Positions 46,711-54,986 of a stretch of DNA of 64,000 nucleotides are shown here, one piece after another. The stretch lies in contig JAGAPN010000033.1 of assembly GCA_017623235.1 (NCBI GenBank), forward strand, positions 13,725 through 77,724, read 5' to 3'. The notes below the pieces were generated by a model, which ran no database searches, had not been told where the DNA came from, and worked only from the letters and a program-made list of their open reading frames with translations. Every line of letters starts with the position of its first letter. Positions within the stretch are counted from its first letter, which is position 1. Origin of the DNA: Clostridia bacterium (lineage in GTDB: Bacteria; Bacillota; Clostridia; Oscillospirales; Acutalibacteraceae). Both the position numbers and the translations under genes were made by a program.

Positions 46711-48936
46711 TTATACGCCCTGTAAAAATCTTTCAACCACAAGCTGGCGGAAGCGCGGAGAAAGGGATGCAAAATATGCCGTAAAGCCGGTTACCCGTAC
46801 CACCAAATCGGGGTGCAGGGTGGGGTCCTTGTGGGCCTCCATCAGTTTTTCGGTATCCAGCACGTTTATGTTTATAAGGGTGCCGCCATTTTCAAAATGG
46901 CTCTTTATAAGGGTGGAAACTATCTCTACACCATTTTCATCCTCGGCAATTTGGGGGTCAAACTCCAGCTGCAGGGGAGCGGTGTTGCCCCAGCCGCACT
47001 GTACGGCGGCAATACCGTTGGATTGGGCGGTAACGGCGCCGTCATTTCTGAAATGGGGGTTGGGATTTGCGCCGTGGGATATGGGCTCTCCCGTTCTTCT
47101 GCCGTTAGGAGTAGCCCCTACGGCGGAGCCGTATTCGATGGTTCTCGCCCAGGAAAACCAACCGGGAATAAGCTGTCTGCCCTCGGGCATAGGTGTAGAT
47201 TTTATCTTTTCTACCCAGCAATCGGTAAGGCGCTTTGCCCAGCGGTCGGCAGGGGTGTTTCCGCCGCAGTATTTGGGGGCAGAATTCAGCATCAGCCTTA
47301 TTCTTTCTCCCATAACACCATCAAAATTATTATCAAGACAGGTGAAAACCTCATCCCAGGTCAGCGCCTTTTCGTCTTCAACCCTCTGCTCCAATGCGCC
47401 GAAGGAGTCGGCTACAACCGCCAGACCCGCCCCGTCAACGCCTACGGTATAGAGCTTGGCGCACCTTGAAATATCAAGGCCCTTTTCCAAGGTGTCCTCC
47501 ATCATCAGGTTCATAATAAGCTCGGGGGTAACCTCTGCCTGGTGGTCAATATGCAGGTTGATTCCTGCCGCAGTAACCTCTGCCGCCTTTTCAAGATGAC
47601 GGCCGAAAATATCAAATAGCCTCTCGGTAGAGGGCCGGCCGCCCTCTTGGCGCATTGTTTTGATAGATTGCTCCAGCACCTTGGCCACGTTTATCTTTAC
47701 GGTGTCGTTCATAGGAAACTCTATACCCGGCACGCACATCCAGTTACAGCCCACCGCTATTCGCCGCCTTGCAATTTCCTTGGTAACGCCAAGGTTTCGC
47801 ATATATCCCTCGGATAAATTTTTGTCCGAGCAAAATCTGGGCCAGGCATTTTTATTTTTAAGCAGATAATATACCGCTTTTCTGAAAAATTCCTTATCGC
47901 AGTTCTCGTGATACCGTACCGTGATATTGGCCGAAATGTTTATCTGGTCGCAGGCGTCAAGTATAAGGTAGGAAAGGTGATTGGTAAGGTCACGGTCCTC
48001 CGCATCAACACCCGATACCTGGTAGTAGTGGGGGTCAATAAGCAGTAGATTGGCTATAAGGAATTTGGCCTTCTCATCATCTAAAATACCTGCCTCAAGG
48101 TCCCTTTTATAGTAGGGATAAAGCAGGGTATCCAGCTGAAAGCCTGCGCCGTCACGGGTATATATTCGGGATGCAATATTAAAGTAGGCTACCCATTGGC
48201 AGGCCTCGTAAAAGGTTTTCGGCGCCGCAAGACGGATGCTGCGGTTTACCTCCAGCATTTCCTCAAGGCTTGCTTTAATTTCCGGTCTGGCTTCTGCCTT
48301 AATAAGCCGTTCTATTTCTTCAATATTTCGCTCTATAAAGCGGATTATTGCCTTAACGCACTTTTCTTCCGCATCATAGAAATCGGCCTTGTCGGGGTTA
48401 ATTTTGCGGTATTTTTCTATTTTTTCAAGAAAACCGCCAAAGCCCAACCCCAGGCCTATAGAATAGTCGCAGGCCAGGTGGGCGTCGCCGTCAATACCCG
48501 TCTGAATATTATAAAACTTCTGCAGGGGCTTTAGATGGTCGTAGGGGAAATTCTTCTCATCCCACCGCTTGCTCCATTGGTTGGTAACCCCCGTCAGGTC
48601 CTCGTCCTTTAGCTGGGCCTTGCGCCATTTTGGCATATAATGCAGGTCACCGCGGTAGTTTACCAGCATATCACGCCAGCGGCCGCACAGCAGCTCCATA
48701 GGGTCAACGTAAGGGGGGTGGGCATCCATAACTCGGCAGAAATTTTCACTCATACCGTCAAGACAGTAAAAGCTGCCGTTTTCCGAGTTAAACCAAGGCT
48801 CCACCCTGTAGCCCTCGGGCAGGGGAACGGTGCCGAAATCATCCAGGTCGGTATAACCGTTCTGCTCTAATTTATCCAGGGTGTGCTGTATTTTAGTTTT
48901 TCTTATGGCTGATATTCTGTCCTTATAGGTCAGCAT
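46711..48936 (-). CDS. Glycyl radical enzyme (PFL-fold), 741 aa, function unknown (GRE2)
   Basis: C-terminal DLVVRVTGFTAYFASL (Gly717, codon 46786-46788). Thiyl loop RRIAVGCNWMCVPG (Cys397 codon 47746-47748, Cys401, no Glu at +2). Other blocks are TFYEACQWVAYFNIASR, GATPNGRR and GGTLININVLDTEKLMEAHKDP. Confidence 0.85.
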   Translation of the reverse strand: MLTYKDRISAIRKTKIQHTLDKLEQNGYTDLDDFGTVPLPEGYRVEPWFNSENGSFYCLDGMSENFCRVMDAHPPYVDPMELLCGRWRDMLVNYRGDLHYMPKWRKAQLKDEDLTGVTNQWSKRWDEKNFPYDHLKPLQKFYNIQTGIDGDAHLACDYSIGLGLGFGGFLEKIEKYRKINPDKADFYDAEEKCVKAIIRFIERNIEEIERLIKAEARPEIKASLEEMLEVNRSIRLAAPKTFYEACQWVAYFNIASRIYTRDGAGFQLDTLLYPYYKRDLEAGILDDEKAKFLIANLLLIDPHYYQVSGVDAEDRDLTNHLSYLILDACDQINISANITVRYHENCDKEFFRKAVYYLLKNKNAWPRFCSDKNLSEGYMRNLGVTKEIARRRIAVGCNWMCVPGIEFPMNDTVKINVAKVLEQSIKTMRQEGGRPSTERLFDIFGRHLEKAAEVTAAGINLHIDHQAEVTPELIMNLMMEDTLEKGLDISRCAKLYTVGVDGAGLAVVADSFGALEQRVEDEKALTWDEVFTCLDNNFDGVMGERIRLMLNSAPKYCGGNTPADRWAKRLTDCWVEKIKSTPMPEGRQLIPGWFSWARTIEYGSAVGATPNGRRTGEPISHGANPNPHFRNDGAVTAQSNGIAAVQCGWGNTAPLQLEFDPQIAEDENGVEIVSTLIKSHFENGGTLININVLDTEKLMEAHKDPTLHPDLVVRVTGFTAYFASLSPRFRQLVVERFLQGV

Positions 48937-49702
48937 ATTTTTTCAGCTCCTCCATTTTTGCCCTGTTGGGTATCTTAAATTCGTTTAGGCTTAATCCAAG
49001 AGCCTCCCGCTTGCTCTCACCCAGGGGATGATAGGGTAGAAGCTCATAACCCAAAATATTCTTAAAATCCTTGATAAAATCCCTTATTTTGCTTATTTCT
49101 TCGGGGTTGTCGTTAATACCCGGGATAATGGGGGTCCTCACAATAAAGGGCACGCTGAGAAGGTCCAGCATAATAAAATGGGGCTTTATCTTGTCGTTAT
49201 AAACCCCGATATATTTGTGGTGCTTTTCTCTGTCCCAAAGCTTAAAATCGGCCATTACCAGGTCAACGCTGCCAAGGATTTCGGGATTATAGATAAATAA
49301 TGAGGTTTCTATTGCGGTATGAATACCTTCCTTTTTGCAAAGGGCGATAAGCTCTTTCAGTATTTCGGGGTATAGCAGAGGCTCCCCACCCGAAAAGGTG
49401 ACACCGCCGCCACCTGCGTAGCTGGCCTTATCGAGCAATATTTCATCAAAGATTTCCTCTGCGGTCATTTCCTTACCGCAGATAACCCTTGCCCCGGCGT
49501 AGCAGCCCTTTTCACAAAGACCGCAGCCGATGCATTTTTCGGGATAAAAAAGGGTCTGTGGCGCCTTTTCAATGCATTCGGGATTGTGACACCAGGCGCA
49601 GGAAAGGGGACAGCCCTTAAAAAATACGGTGGTACGTATTCCGGGACCGTCGTGTAGGGAGGCCCGCTGAATATCGGCTACGATAGCGGTGTTTTTATCC
49701 AT
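48923..49702 (-). CDS. Glycyl-radical-enzyme activating enzyme (radical SAM), AE2
   Basis: HDGPGIRTTVFFKGCPLSCAWCHNPE. A single CIGCGLCEKGC...C insert (5 Cys). GGEPLL. Overlaps GRE2 by 14 nt. Confidence 0.85.
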   Translation of the reverse strand: MDKNTAIVADIQRASLHDGPGIRTTVFFKGCPLSCAWCHNPECIEKAPQTLFYPEKCIGCGLCEKGCYAGARVICGKEMTAEEIFDEILLDKASYAGGGGVTFSGGEPLLYPEILKELIALCKKEGIHTAIETSLFIYNPEILGSVDLVMADFKLWDREKHHKYIGVYNDKIKPHFIMLDLLSVPFIVRTPIIPGINDNPEEISKIRDFIKDFKNILGYELLPYHPLGESKREALGLSLNEFKIPNRAKMEELKKYADL

Positions 49703-50792
49703 TTATCTCTTCCTTTTTACCGCTTTCTGCTGAACGCAGAGCGGCATCTATAAGAGCCATAAGCTGGATGTTGAAATCCAGGGTTACGGTTTTAATAAAG
49801 GGTGTGCCCTCTCTTTTACAGTAGGCGTAATGGTCGGGCAGATTTTTTATAGCAGGGTGAATTTCATAGTCGGGCAGGGGAATAACCTCGCCGTAGCTGT
49901 TCATAGCTACAACCCTTTTGTCGGCATCGCAGAAAAGCACACCGTCGGTGCAAAGGTAAACGGGGCCTGTAGGCAGAGAGGCCTGGGGTACCGTCCAGCT
50001 ACCCTCAACCACACCGTAGGAATCCTTATATTCGATAATTCCTGCCATATTGTCGGGGGCATTCATATAGGGGGTGCCGTAGTTGCCCGAAAAAGCCATA
50101 ACCGAAAGAGGCTTATCGGTGGCATTATCCCTTGCCCATTGGTTGAAGAAACAGCCGTAGCAGCCGATATCAAGGAATGCGCCGCCCCCCGTTTCATTCT
50201 TATACCACCAGGTGGATGACCTCTCTTCATCGGTCATTTCCTGGGCCTTTTCACTAACGCCTCGATGCTTGGCACCCTTGCCCAGGGGGCCTGTATGACC
50301 GTTTATGTAAAAGGCCTTAATCAGCTTTCCGACAACACCGCTCTCCAGAGCCGCCAGCTGCTGATGCAGGTAGGGCCGCCAGATAACGGGCCAGTTAACT
50401 ACGGCCTCAATGCCGTATTTTTCTACCGATGCCTTTATTTTAAGGGTATCGGCAAGGCTTACGGCCATAGGCTTTTCGATGCTGACGTTAACGCCTCTTT
50501 TTGCACACTCCTCAACTATAAGGGGCTTATTTGCGTTATCGCAGAGAATGAATGCCAAATCGGGCTTTATTTCATCCAGCATTACCCTGTAATCCTCGTA
50601 AGGAGTTATGCCGAATTTTTCGCTGTTGTTCTTAATATTCCAGGCTCTGGTATATCTGGCCTGGGTGTTTTCGGGGGTTTCGGGGGGTACGTCGGCCATG
50701 CCTGCCAGGGTAAAATCGGGGCACTCGTCAATATACTGTGCAATCTCGTTTACGTGCATGTGGGCAAAGCCGATTATAACTGCTTTAAACAT
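49695..50792 (-). CDS. Gfo/Idh/MocA-family oxidoreductase
   Basis: N-terminal Rossmann segment FKAVIIGFAHMHVNE, EKP motif (VSIEKPMA), 365 aa. 8-nt overlaps on both sides. Confidence 0.75.
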   Translation of the reverse strand: MFKAVIIGFAHMHVNEIAQYIDECPDFTLAGMADVPPETPENTQARYTRAWNIKNNSEKFGITPYEDYRVMLDEIKPDLAFILCDNANKPLIVEECAKRGVNVSIEKPMAVSLADTLKIKASVEKYGIEAVVNWPVIWRPYLHQQLAALESGVVGKLIKAFYINGHTGPLGKGAKHRGVSEKAQEMTDEERSSTWWYKNETGGGAFLDIGCYGCFFNQWARDNATDKPLSVMAFSGNYGTPYMNAPDNMAGIIEYKDSYGVVEGSWTVPQASLPTGPVYLCTDGVLFCDADKRVVAMNSYGEVIPLPDYEIHPAIKNLPDHYAYCKREGTPFIKTVTLDFNIQLMALIDAALRSAESGKKEEING

Positions 50793-51858
50793 TTATCTTC
50801 ACCTCTCGGCCTTCCTTTGCGGAAAGGTAGGCCGCCTCAAGTATTGCGGTAACGTTCAGGGTTTCCTCGGGCAGAACGGCAGGGGACGCCTTGCCGTTTA
50901 TTACCTCTGCCATATTCTTAACCAGGCAGAAATGTCCGTAGAAGGGGTCATCCTTAAAGCCATTGGGAGTAACCTCTAAATCTTTTATATCCTCGGCGCC
51001 GCTATAGACCTTTTTGGCCTCAATATCGACGCCGCAGTTTTTACCTGCAAGAATAATATTGTTTTCCTCTCTGAGGTTTGCCGCCCAGGCCACCTTAAAG
51101 GAGAGGGTTGCGCCGTTTTCAAAACGGACGCTGCCACCCGAGAAGGATTCAACGTTCATATCGTCGGGATTAAAGCCTGAGGTATCGACGTTGCCCTTAA
51201 GTGCCCCCGAGCTTTTGTCGGAGCCCAGCTCATCGGAATGTATTTTACTCATTGTGGCGGTAACCGAAACAGGCTTGGGGTTGCCCATAAGCCATATTGC
51301 GCTGTCGATACCGTGAACGCCAATGTCCACCAGGGCGCCGCCACCCGAAAATTCCTTAAGGTGGAACTTGCCCCAGGTGGGAATACCTCTTCTGCGAATA
51401 CGGGACAGCTCGGCATAATAAACCTCGCCTACAGCGCCGCTTTTAACCTGCTCAAAGGCAGCCTGGCGCTCGGGCAGAAAACGCAAGCTCTGGCAGGCCA
51501 TAAGGGTAAGACCTGCGTCTTTTGCGCAATTAAACATCTCCCTTGCATCGGCCAGGGTAAAGGCCAGGGGCTTTTCGCACAGCACGTTTGCGCCGTGGTT
51601 TAGGGCCAGCATAGTGTATTCTTTGTGAAGCATATTAGGGGCGCAGACCGATACCAGGTCGGGCTTTTCGGTTTTCAGCATCTCCTCGGCATCTGTGTAA
51701 ACCCTGGGTATACCGTGGGTAGCGGCAGCCTTTTCTGCCGCAGGGGAGTATATATCGAATATACCCGCTATCTCAAAATCCTCGGGATATGCTTTATATG
51801 CAGGGATGTGGGCGGAATTTGCTATCATTCCTGCGCCGATAATACAAACCTTAAGCAT
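50785..51858 (-). CDS. Gfo/Idh/MocA-family oxidoreductase
   Basis: MLKVCIIGAGMIANSAHIPAY, VLCEKPLAFT, GALVDIGVHGID. Confidence 0.8.
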   Translation of the reverse strand: MLKVCIIGAGMIANSAHIPAYKAYPEDFEIAGIFDIYSPAAEKAAATHGIPRVYTDAEEMLKTEKPDLVSVCAPNMLHKEYTMLALNHGANVLCEKPLAFTLADAREMFNCAKDAGLTLMACQSLRFLPERQAAFEQVKSGAVGEVYYAELSRIRRRGIPTWGKFHLKEFSGGGALVDIGVHGIDSAIWLMGNPKPVSVTATMSKIHSDELGSDKSSGALKGNVDTSGFNPDDMNVESFSGGSVRFENGATLSFKVAWAANLREENNIILAGKNCGVDIEAKKVYSGAEDIKDLEVTPNGFKDDPFYGHFCLVKNMAEVINGKASPAVLPEETLNVTAILEAAYLSAKEGREVKINV

Positions 51859-52621
51859 TTTCTATCTCCTTTAAAAAACCAAGGGTCTCGCTGTCGGGCA
51901 GGGTGGCCCTGTATTCAAGACCGATATGACCCTTATAGTCGGTTTTATTTATTGCCTTTATTATGGAAACGTAGTCAACCCCTCCCGTTCCGGGCTGATG
52001 TCTTCCCGGGCAATCTGCCACGTGGAAATGACCGATAAGGTGAATGTTATCCAGCACCTGCTTTAGGTCGAAATCACCCATCATATTCTGATGATAGATG
52101 TCGTAAAGCATCTTTACGTGGGGGCTGTTTATTTCATCCAGCAACTCGAAAACGGGGGTGGCCCAGGGCATAGAATATCCTATCCTGTCTTTATCGTTAA
52201 GGGGCTCTACCACCAGGTTGACGTCGTGCTCCTCCAGCAGGGGCAGGGCGGCGGTAAGGCAGGCCTTAACCTTGTCCTTGTTGTAGGGGGCGTTTTCACC
52301 AATCAGCACTATCATGGCAGAGGCGCCCAGCCTTTTGTATACGGGGATGCTCTCCTTCAGGGCGGCTATAAAATCCTCACACCTGCCGTCGTTAAGTATT
52401 CCACGGGAAAGGTCGTAGGAAAGCTGCTCATCGGTGCTGTCTATATTGAAGATAGAAAGCTTCATATCCTCACTTTTCAGAATGTTCTCCACTCGGTCTA
52501 CGTCCTTGTTGGTCCATTTCCAGAACTCGGCGGTGTCATACCCACAGCCCTTCACAAGGCCGAATTTATCGTAAAATTCGGCCGTTGAGAACATCATATC
52601 AATACAAAGGCTTACCTTCAT
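51851..52621 (-). CDS. Hydroxypyruvate-isomerase-like (Hyi/OtnI-type) xylose-isomerase-fold TIM-barrel protein
   Basis: NLVVEPLN...VKMLYDIYHQNMMGDF...IGHFHVADCPGRHQPGTGGVDY...YKGHIGLEY parallels E. coli Hyi (IEPIN...IQYDIYHMQRMEGEL...IGHLQIADNPHRGEPGTGEINY...GWVGCEY). I prefer the ATG at 52621 (MKVSLCIDMMF, GGAG RBS), because the track's longer start would overlap the upstream gene's stop at 52633. Confidence 0.7.
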   Translation of the reverse strand: MKVSLCIDMMFSTAEFYDKFGLVKGCGYDTAEFWKWTNKDVDRVENILKSEDMKLSIFNIDSTDEQLSYDLSRGILNDGRCEDFIAALKESIPVYKRLGASAMIVLIGENAPYNKDKVKACLTAALPLLEEHDVNLVVEPLNDKDRIGYSMPWATPVFELLDEINSPHVKMLYDIYHQNMMGDFDLKQVLDNIHLIGHFHVADCPGRHQPGTGGVDYVSIIKAINKTDYKGHIGLEYRATLPDSETLGFLKEIENA

Positions 52622-52632
52622 CGTTATCTCCT

Positions 52633-54969
52633 TTAATAATCCAGGTCGTATCTTGTGGCGGCATACTTGCAGTATTTCCACAGTCCCATAAGACGGAATG
52701 ATTTCAGCTCATCCTCGCTTCTTATTTCGGTATAGGCAATATCAATGCCCTTTTCCTTACATTTAAGATAATTTTCCTCGGTGATGTAGGACTCTCCGCC
52801 GTTGGAAACGTAGATGAATTTGGGGTTATTCTCTCCGTAGGTGGCTATCTGACTAATGAGGGTGTCTGTTATTTTCTGCACCCAGGTACCCATAGCCGCC
52901 TTGGGGAGCTTATCTGCCAGATATACAAGGTCCGCTGCCGTCTGTCCGTTTATCATAAGGTTATCCTTATGACCGTAGAGGTCAATGAGAGCCACCAGCT
53001 CATCCAGCTTATCCTCGGTAAGGTCAACCTTTAATTCCAGATGGGGTACGACCTCTAATTCTTTACAAAGGGCCAAGAATTCCTCAACACGCATAATTTT
53101 TGTGCCCTTATACTGCTGACCCTTATATACACCGAAATCGTAGGTGTCGGCCTGGGCCAGGGTGATGTCGGCAATATTTATGGCTTCGTCGTTGGTTATA
53201 CGTTTGCCCTCGCTGTTGGTGGCGTAGCTGTTAATGGTCTTGTCGTGCAGGGCAACAAAATGTCCGTCTGAGGTCAGCCTTACGTCGCACAGCAGAATTT
53301 TATATCCCTTTTCATAGGCCATTCTGTAGGAGGCCAGGGATTGCTGGGGCGGGGTGTTGCTGTCGTAGGGACGGTAGCCGATACGGGCTATCTTCTGTAC
53401 GGCACGCAGACCCTCGCCGATAGTATCGTTAAGCAAAGCGGTACGGAAGTTAGCGGCATCCTCAGCATCTACAGAGCCGTTTTTGTTGGTATCGGAAATA
53501 TAGTAATAATCCTTGCTGACGTTCATATATACCAGGTCCCTTATATCAAACAAAGTGTCACCGTTGGCATCATAGTCCAGGGCGATATATGCGGGATTTT
53601 TAAAATGCTCGTAATAGTCAAAATTGTTCTTATCGCTTAAAACTGTGCCGTATCCCCCTGCTGAAACGGTGGCAGAATCCTCCTTGCCCACCGTACCGCC
53701 AAAGAATTTGGGACCGTCGGCCCAGCCGTAAAGACCCATATCAAAATTGGGATTAACCAGCAGATTGGTTCGGGTGGTATCGCCCTTTTTATACAGGAAG
53801 AAATTAGAGTAATTGCCCACCAGGGCGGTAGAGCTGTTTATTCTGACACCTACAATATGTCTTACCCTGTAGCCGTTCTCTTCGATAGAGCAGGCGTCGT
53901 CACCGCCTGCAGTAAAGGTAACGTAGGAAAGGTTGTAGGGACCGTACTCAAGGTTAGCCTCCTTGCATTGGGCCTCGGTAAGGTCGCAGGTCTTTTGAAT
54001 ACTACCTCGCACAGAGGAAAGGCGGGTAGTGGTGTTTGAGGTCTTGGAAGAGCCGGTCTGGTACTCGACCCATAAGGGCTCGTTCTTGTATCCGGAGTTG
54101 TCCTTGGTATCCACCGTGCCGTAGGCGCCGAAAACATACTCTACACCCTTTTCCAGGGCAATAGTCTGTCCAAAGGTAACGTTGCTTACGGCATTGTTGT
54201 TGGCAAGGTATTTGGGATTGCCCGTTACCTTGTCGGTGGAGGTGTAGGTGAAGCTTTCTATATAAGCGTAATCCTCGGGACTGGTGGAGGAGCCGCTGAC
54301 ACCAATACCTGCCGTACCCTTTAAATAGGGAGCTTCGGTGTCAAGGTAGGTGCCGGTTACCACCAGCTTTTCGGTATCGCCGTCAAGGGTGTAAAGGTTT
54401 ACGGTAATGGCCGCGGCCTTATCTCCGCTTATCACCATCTCCAGACGATAGCTCATACCCTCCTGCTGTGCGCTGACGCCGCATTGAAGCAGAGGGTTAT
54501 TGTTATCGGCGGTGCCGTTTATCTTGTGAAGCATTACTTTGCCGTTTGAGGGGCGGTAAAGGGCATAATATCCTGCCATTGTGGTCCAGTCACCGGGCCT
54601 GCTTAATCGGCCGTAAACGTAGGCTGTGTTACCCTTGGCCAAATCCTCATCGCTGAACTCTACCGCTATACGCTGGTTTTCACGCTCCATTTCGGGCAGA
54701 TAAATACAACCTGCGTAGGCCGAGCGGGTTTGCTTTTGGGTGATGACCTTCAGCTTTCCGTTTTCTACTGTGGAGGTGTATGCCCTGCCGTCGGTGGTTA
54801 CATTTTCCTCGGCCATAAAGGCCCAACTGTTTGCCAGGGAATTGCCTGTAAATTCGTCGGAATACACCCCGTTAATAGAGGTGGCAGTACCCTGCACCGT
54901 CATACCTGTGGGGGTGCAAATGGTAAGGCAAATTATAAGGGATAAGACTAAAGCGGCTATTCTTTTCAT
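52633..54969 (-). CDS. Secreted modular protein: LamG-like module, jelly-roll module, internal dockerin and a C-terminal divergent GDPD-like (PLC-like phosphodiesterase TIM-barrel) domain
   Basis: Signal peptide MKRIAALVLSLIICLTICTP. Shared modules with 61990..63666. Dockerin loops DANGDTLFDIRD and DTNKNGSVDAEDAANF at ~53425-53585. GDPD-like IARIGYRPYD...LLCDVRLTSDGHFVALHDKTIN at ~52633-53400. Confidence 0.65.
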   Translation of the reverse strand: MKRIAALVLSLIICLTICTPTGMTVQGTATSINGVYSDEFTGNSLANSWAFMAEENVTTDGRAYTSTVENGKLKVITQKQTRSAYAGCIYLPEMERENQRIAVEFSDEDLAKGNTAYVYGRLSRPGDWTTMAGYYALYRPSNGKVMLHKINGTADNNNPLLQCGVSAQQEGMSYRLEMVISGDKAAAITVNLYTLDGDTEKLVVTGTYLDTEAPYLKGTAGIGVSGSSTSPEDYAYIESFTYTSTDKVTGNPKYLANNNAVSNVTFGQTIALEKGVEYVFGAYGTVDTKDNSGYKNEPLWVEYQTGSSKTSNTTTRLSSVRGSIQKTCDLTEAQCKEANLEYGPYNLSYVTFTAGGDDACSIEENGYRVRHIVGVRINSSTALVGNYSNFFLYKKGDTTRTNLLVNPNFDMGLYGWADGPKFFGGTVGKEDSATVSAGGYGTVLSDKNNFDYYEHFKNPAYIALDYDANGDTLFDIRDLVYMNVSKDYYYISDTNKNGSVDAEDAANFRTALLNDTIGEGLRAVQKIARIGYRPYDSNTPPQQSLASYRMAYEKGYKILLCDVRLTSDGHFVALHDKTINSYATNSEGKRITNDEAINIADITLAQADTYDFGVYKGQQYKGTKIMRVEEFLALCKELEVVPHLELKVDLTEDKLDELVALIDLYGHKDNLMINGQTAADLVYLADKLPKAAMGTWVQKITDTLISQIATYGENNPKFIYVSNGGESYITEENYLKCKEKGIDIAYTEIRSEDELKSFRLMGLWKYCKYAATRYDLDY

Positions 54970-54986
54970 AAACCCTGTCTCCGTTT

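Noticed and set aside
30813-49702. Interpretation of the GREs as the standard rhamnose/fucose-derived 1,2-propanediol dehydratase system, prompted by rhaM and a GH78-like gene in the window.
   Set aside because: No microcompartment shell genes, no rhaA/rhaB/rhaD, no lactaldehyde reductase and no propionaldehyde dehydrogenase are present in the window. GRE1 is much shorter than known diol dehydratases, and GRE2 lacks the C-x-E motif. This cannot be excluded without a phylogeny, so it is not adopted as the call.
52622-52681. The N-terminal extension of the Hyi-like ORF (track start 52681).
   Set aside because: The extension would overlap the stop of the upstream 778-aa gene (52633) by about 49 nt and adds a non-homologous leader. 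The ATG at 52621 has a GGAG RBS and begins the conserved MKVSLCIDMMF barrel start.
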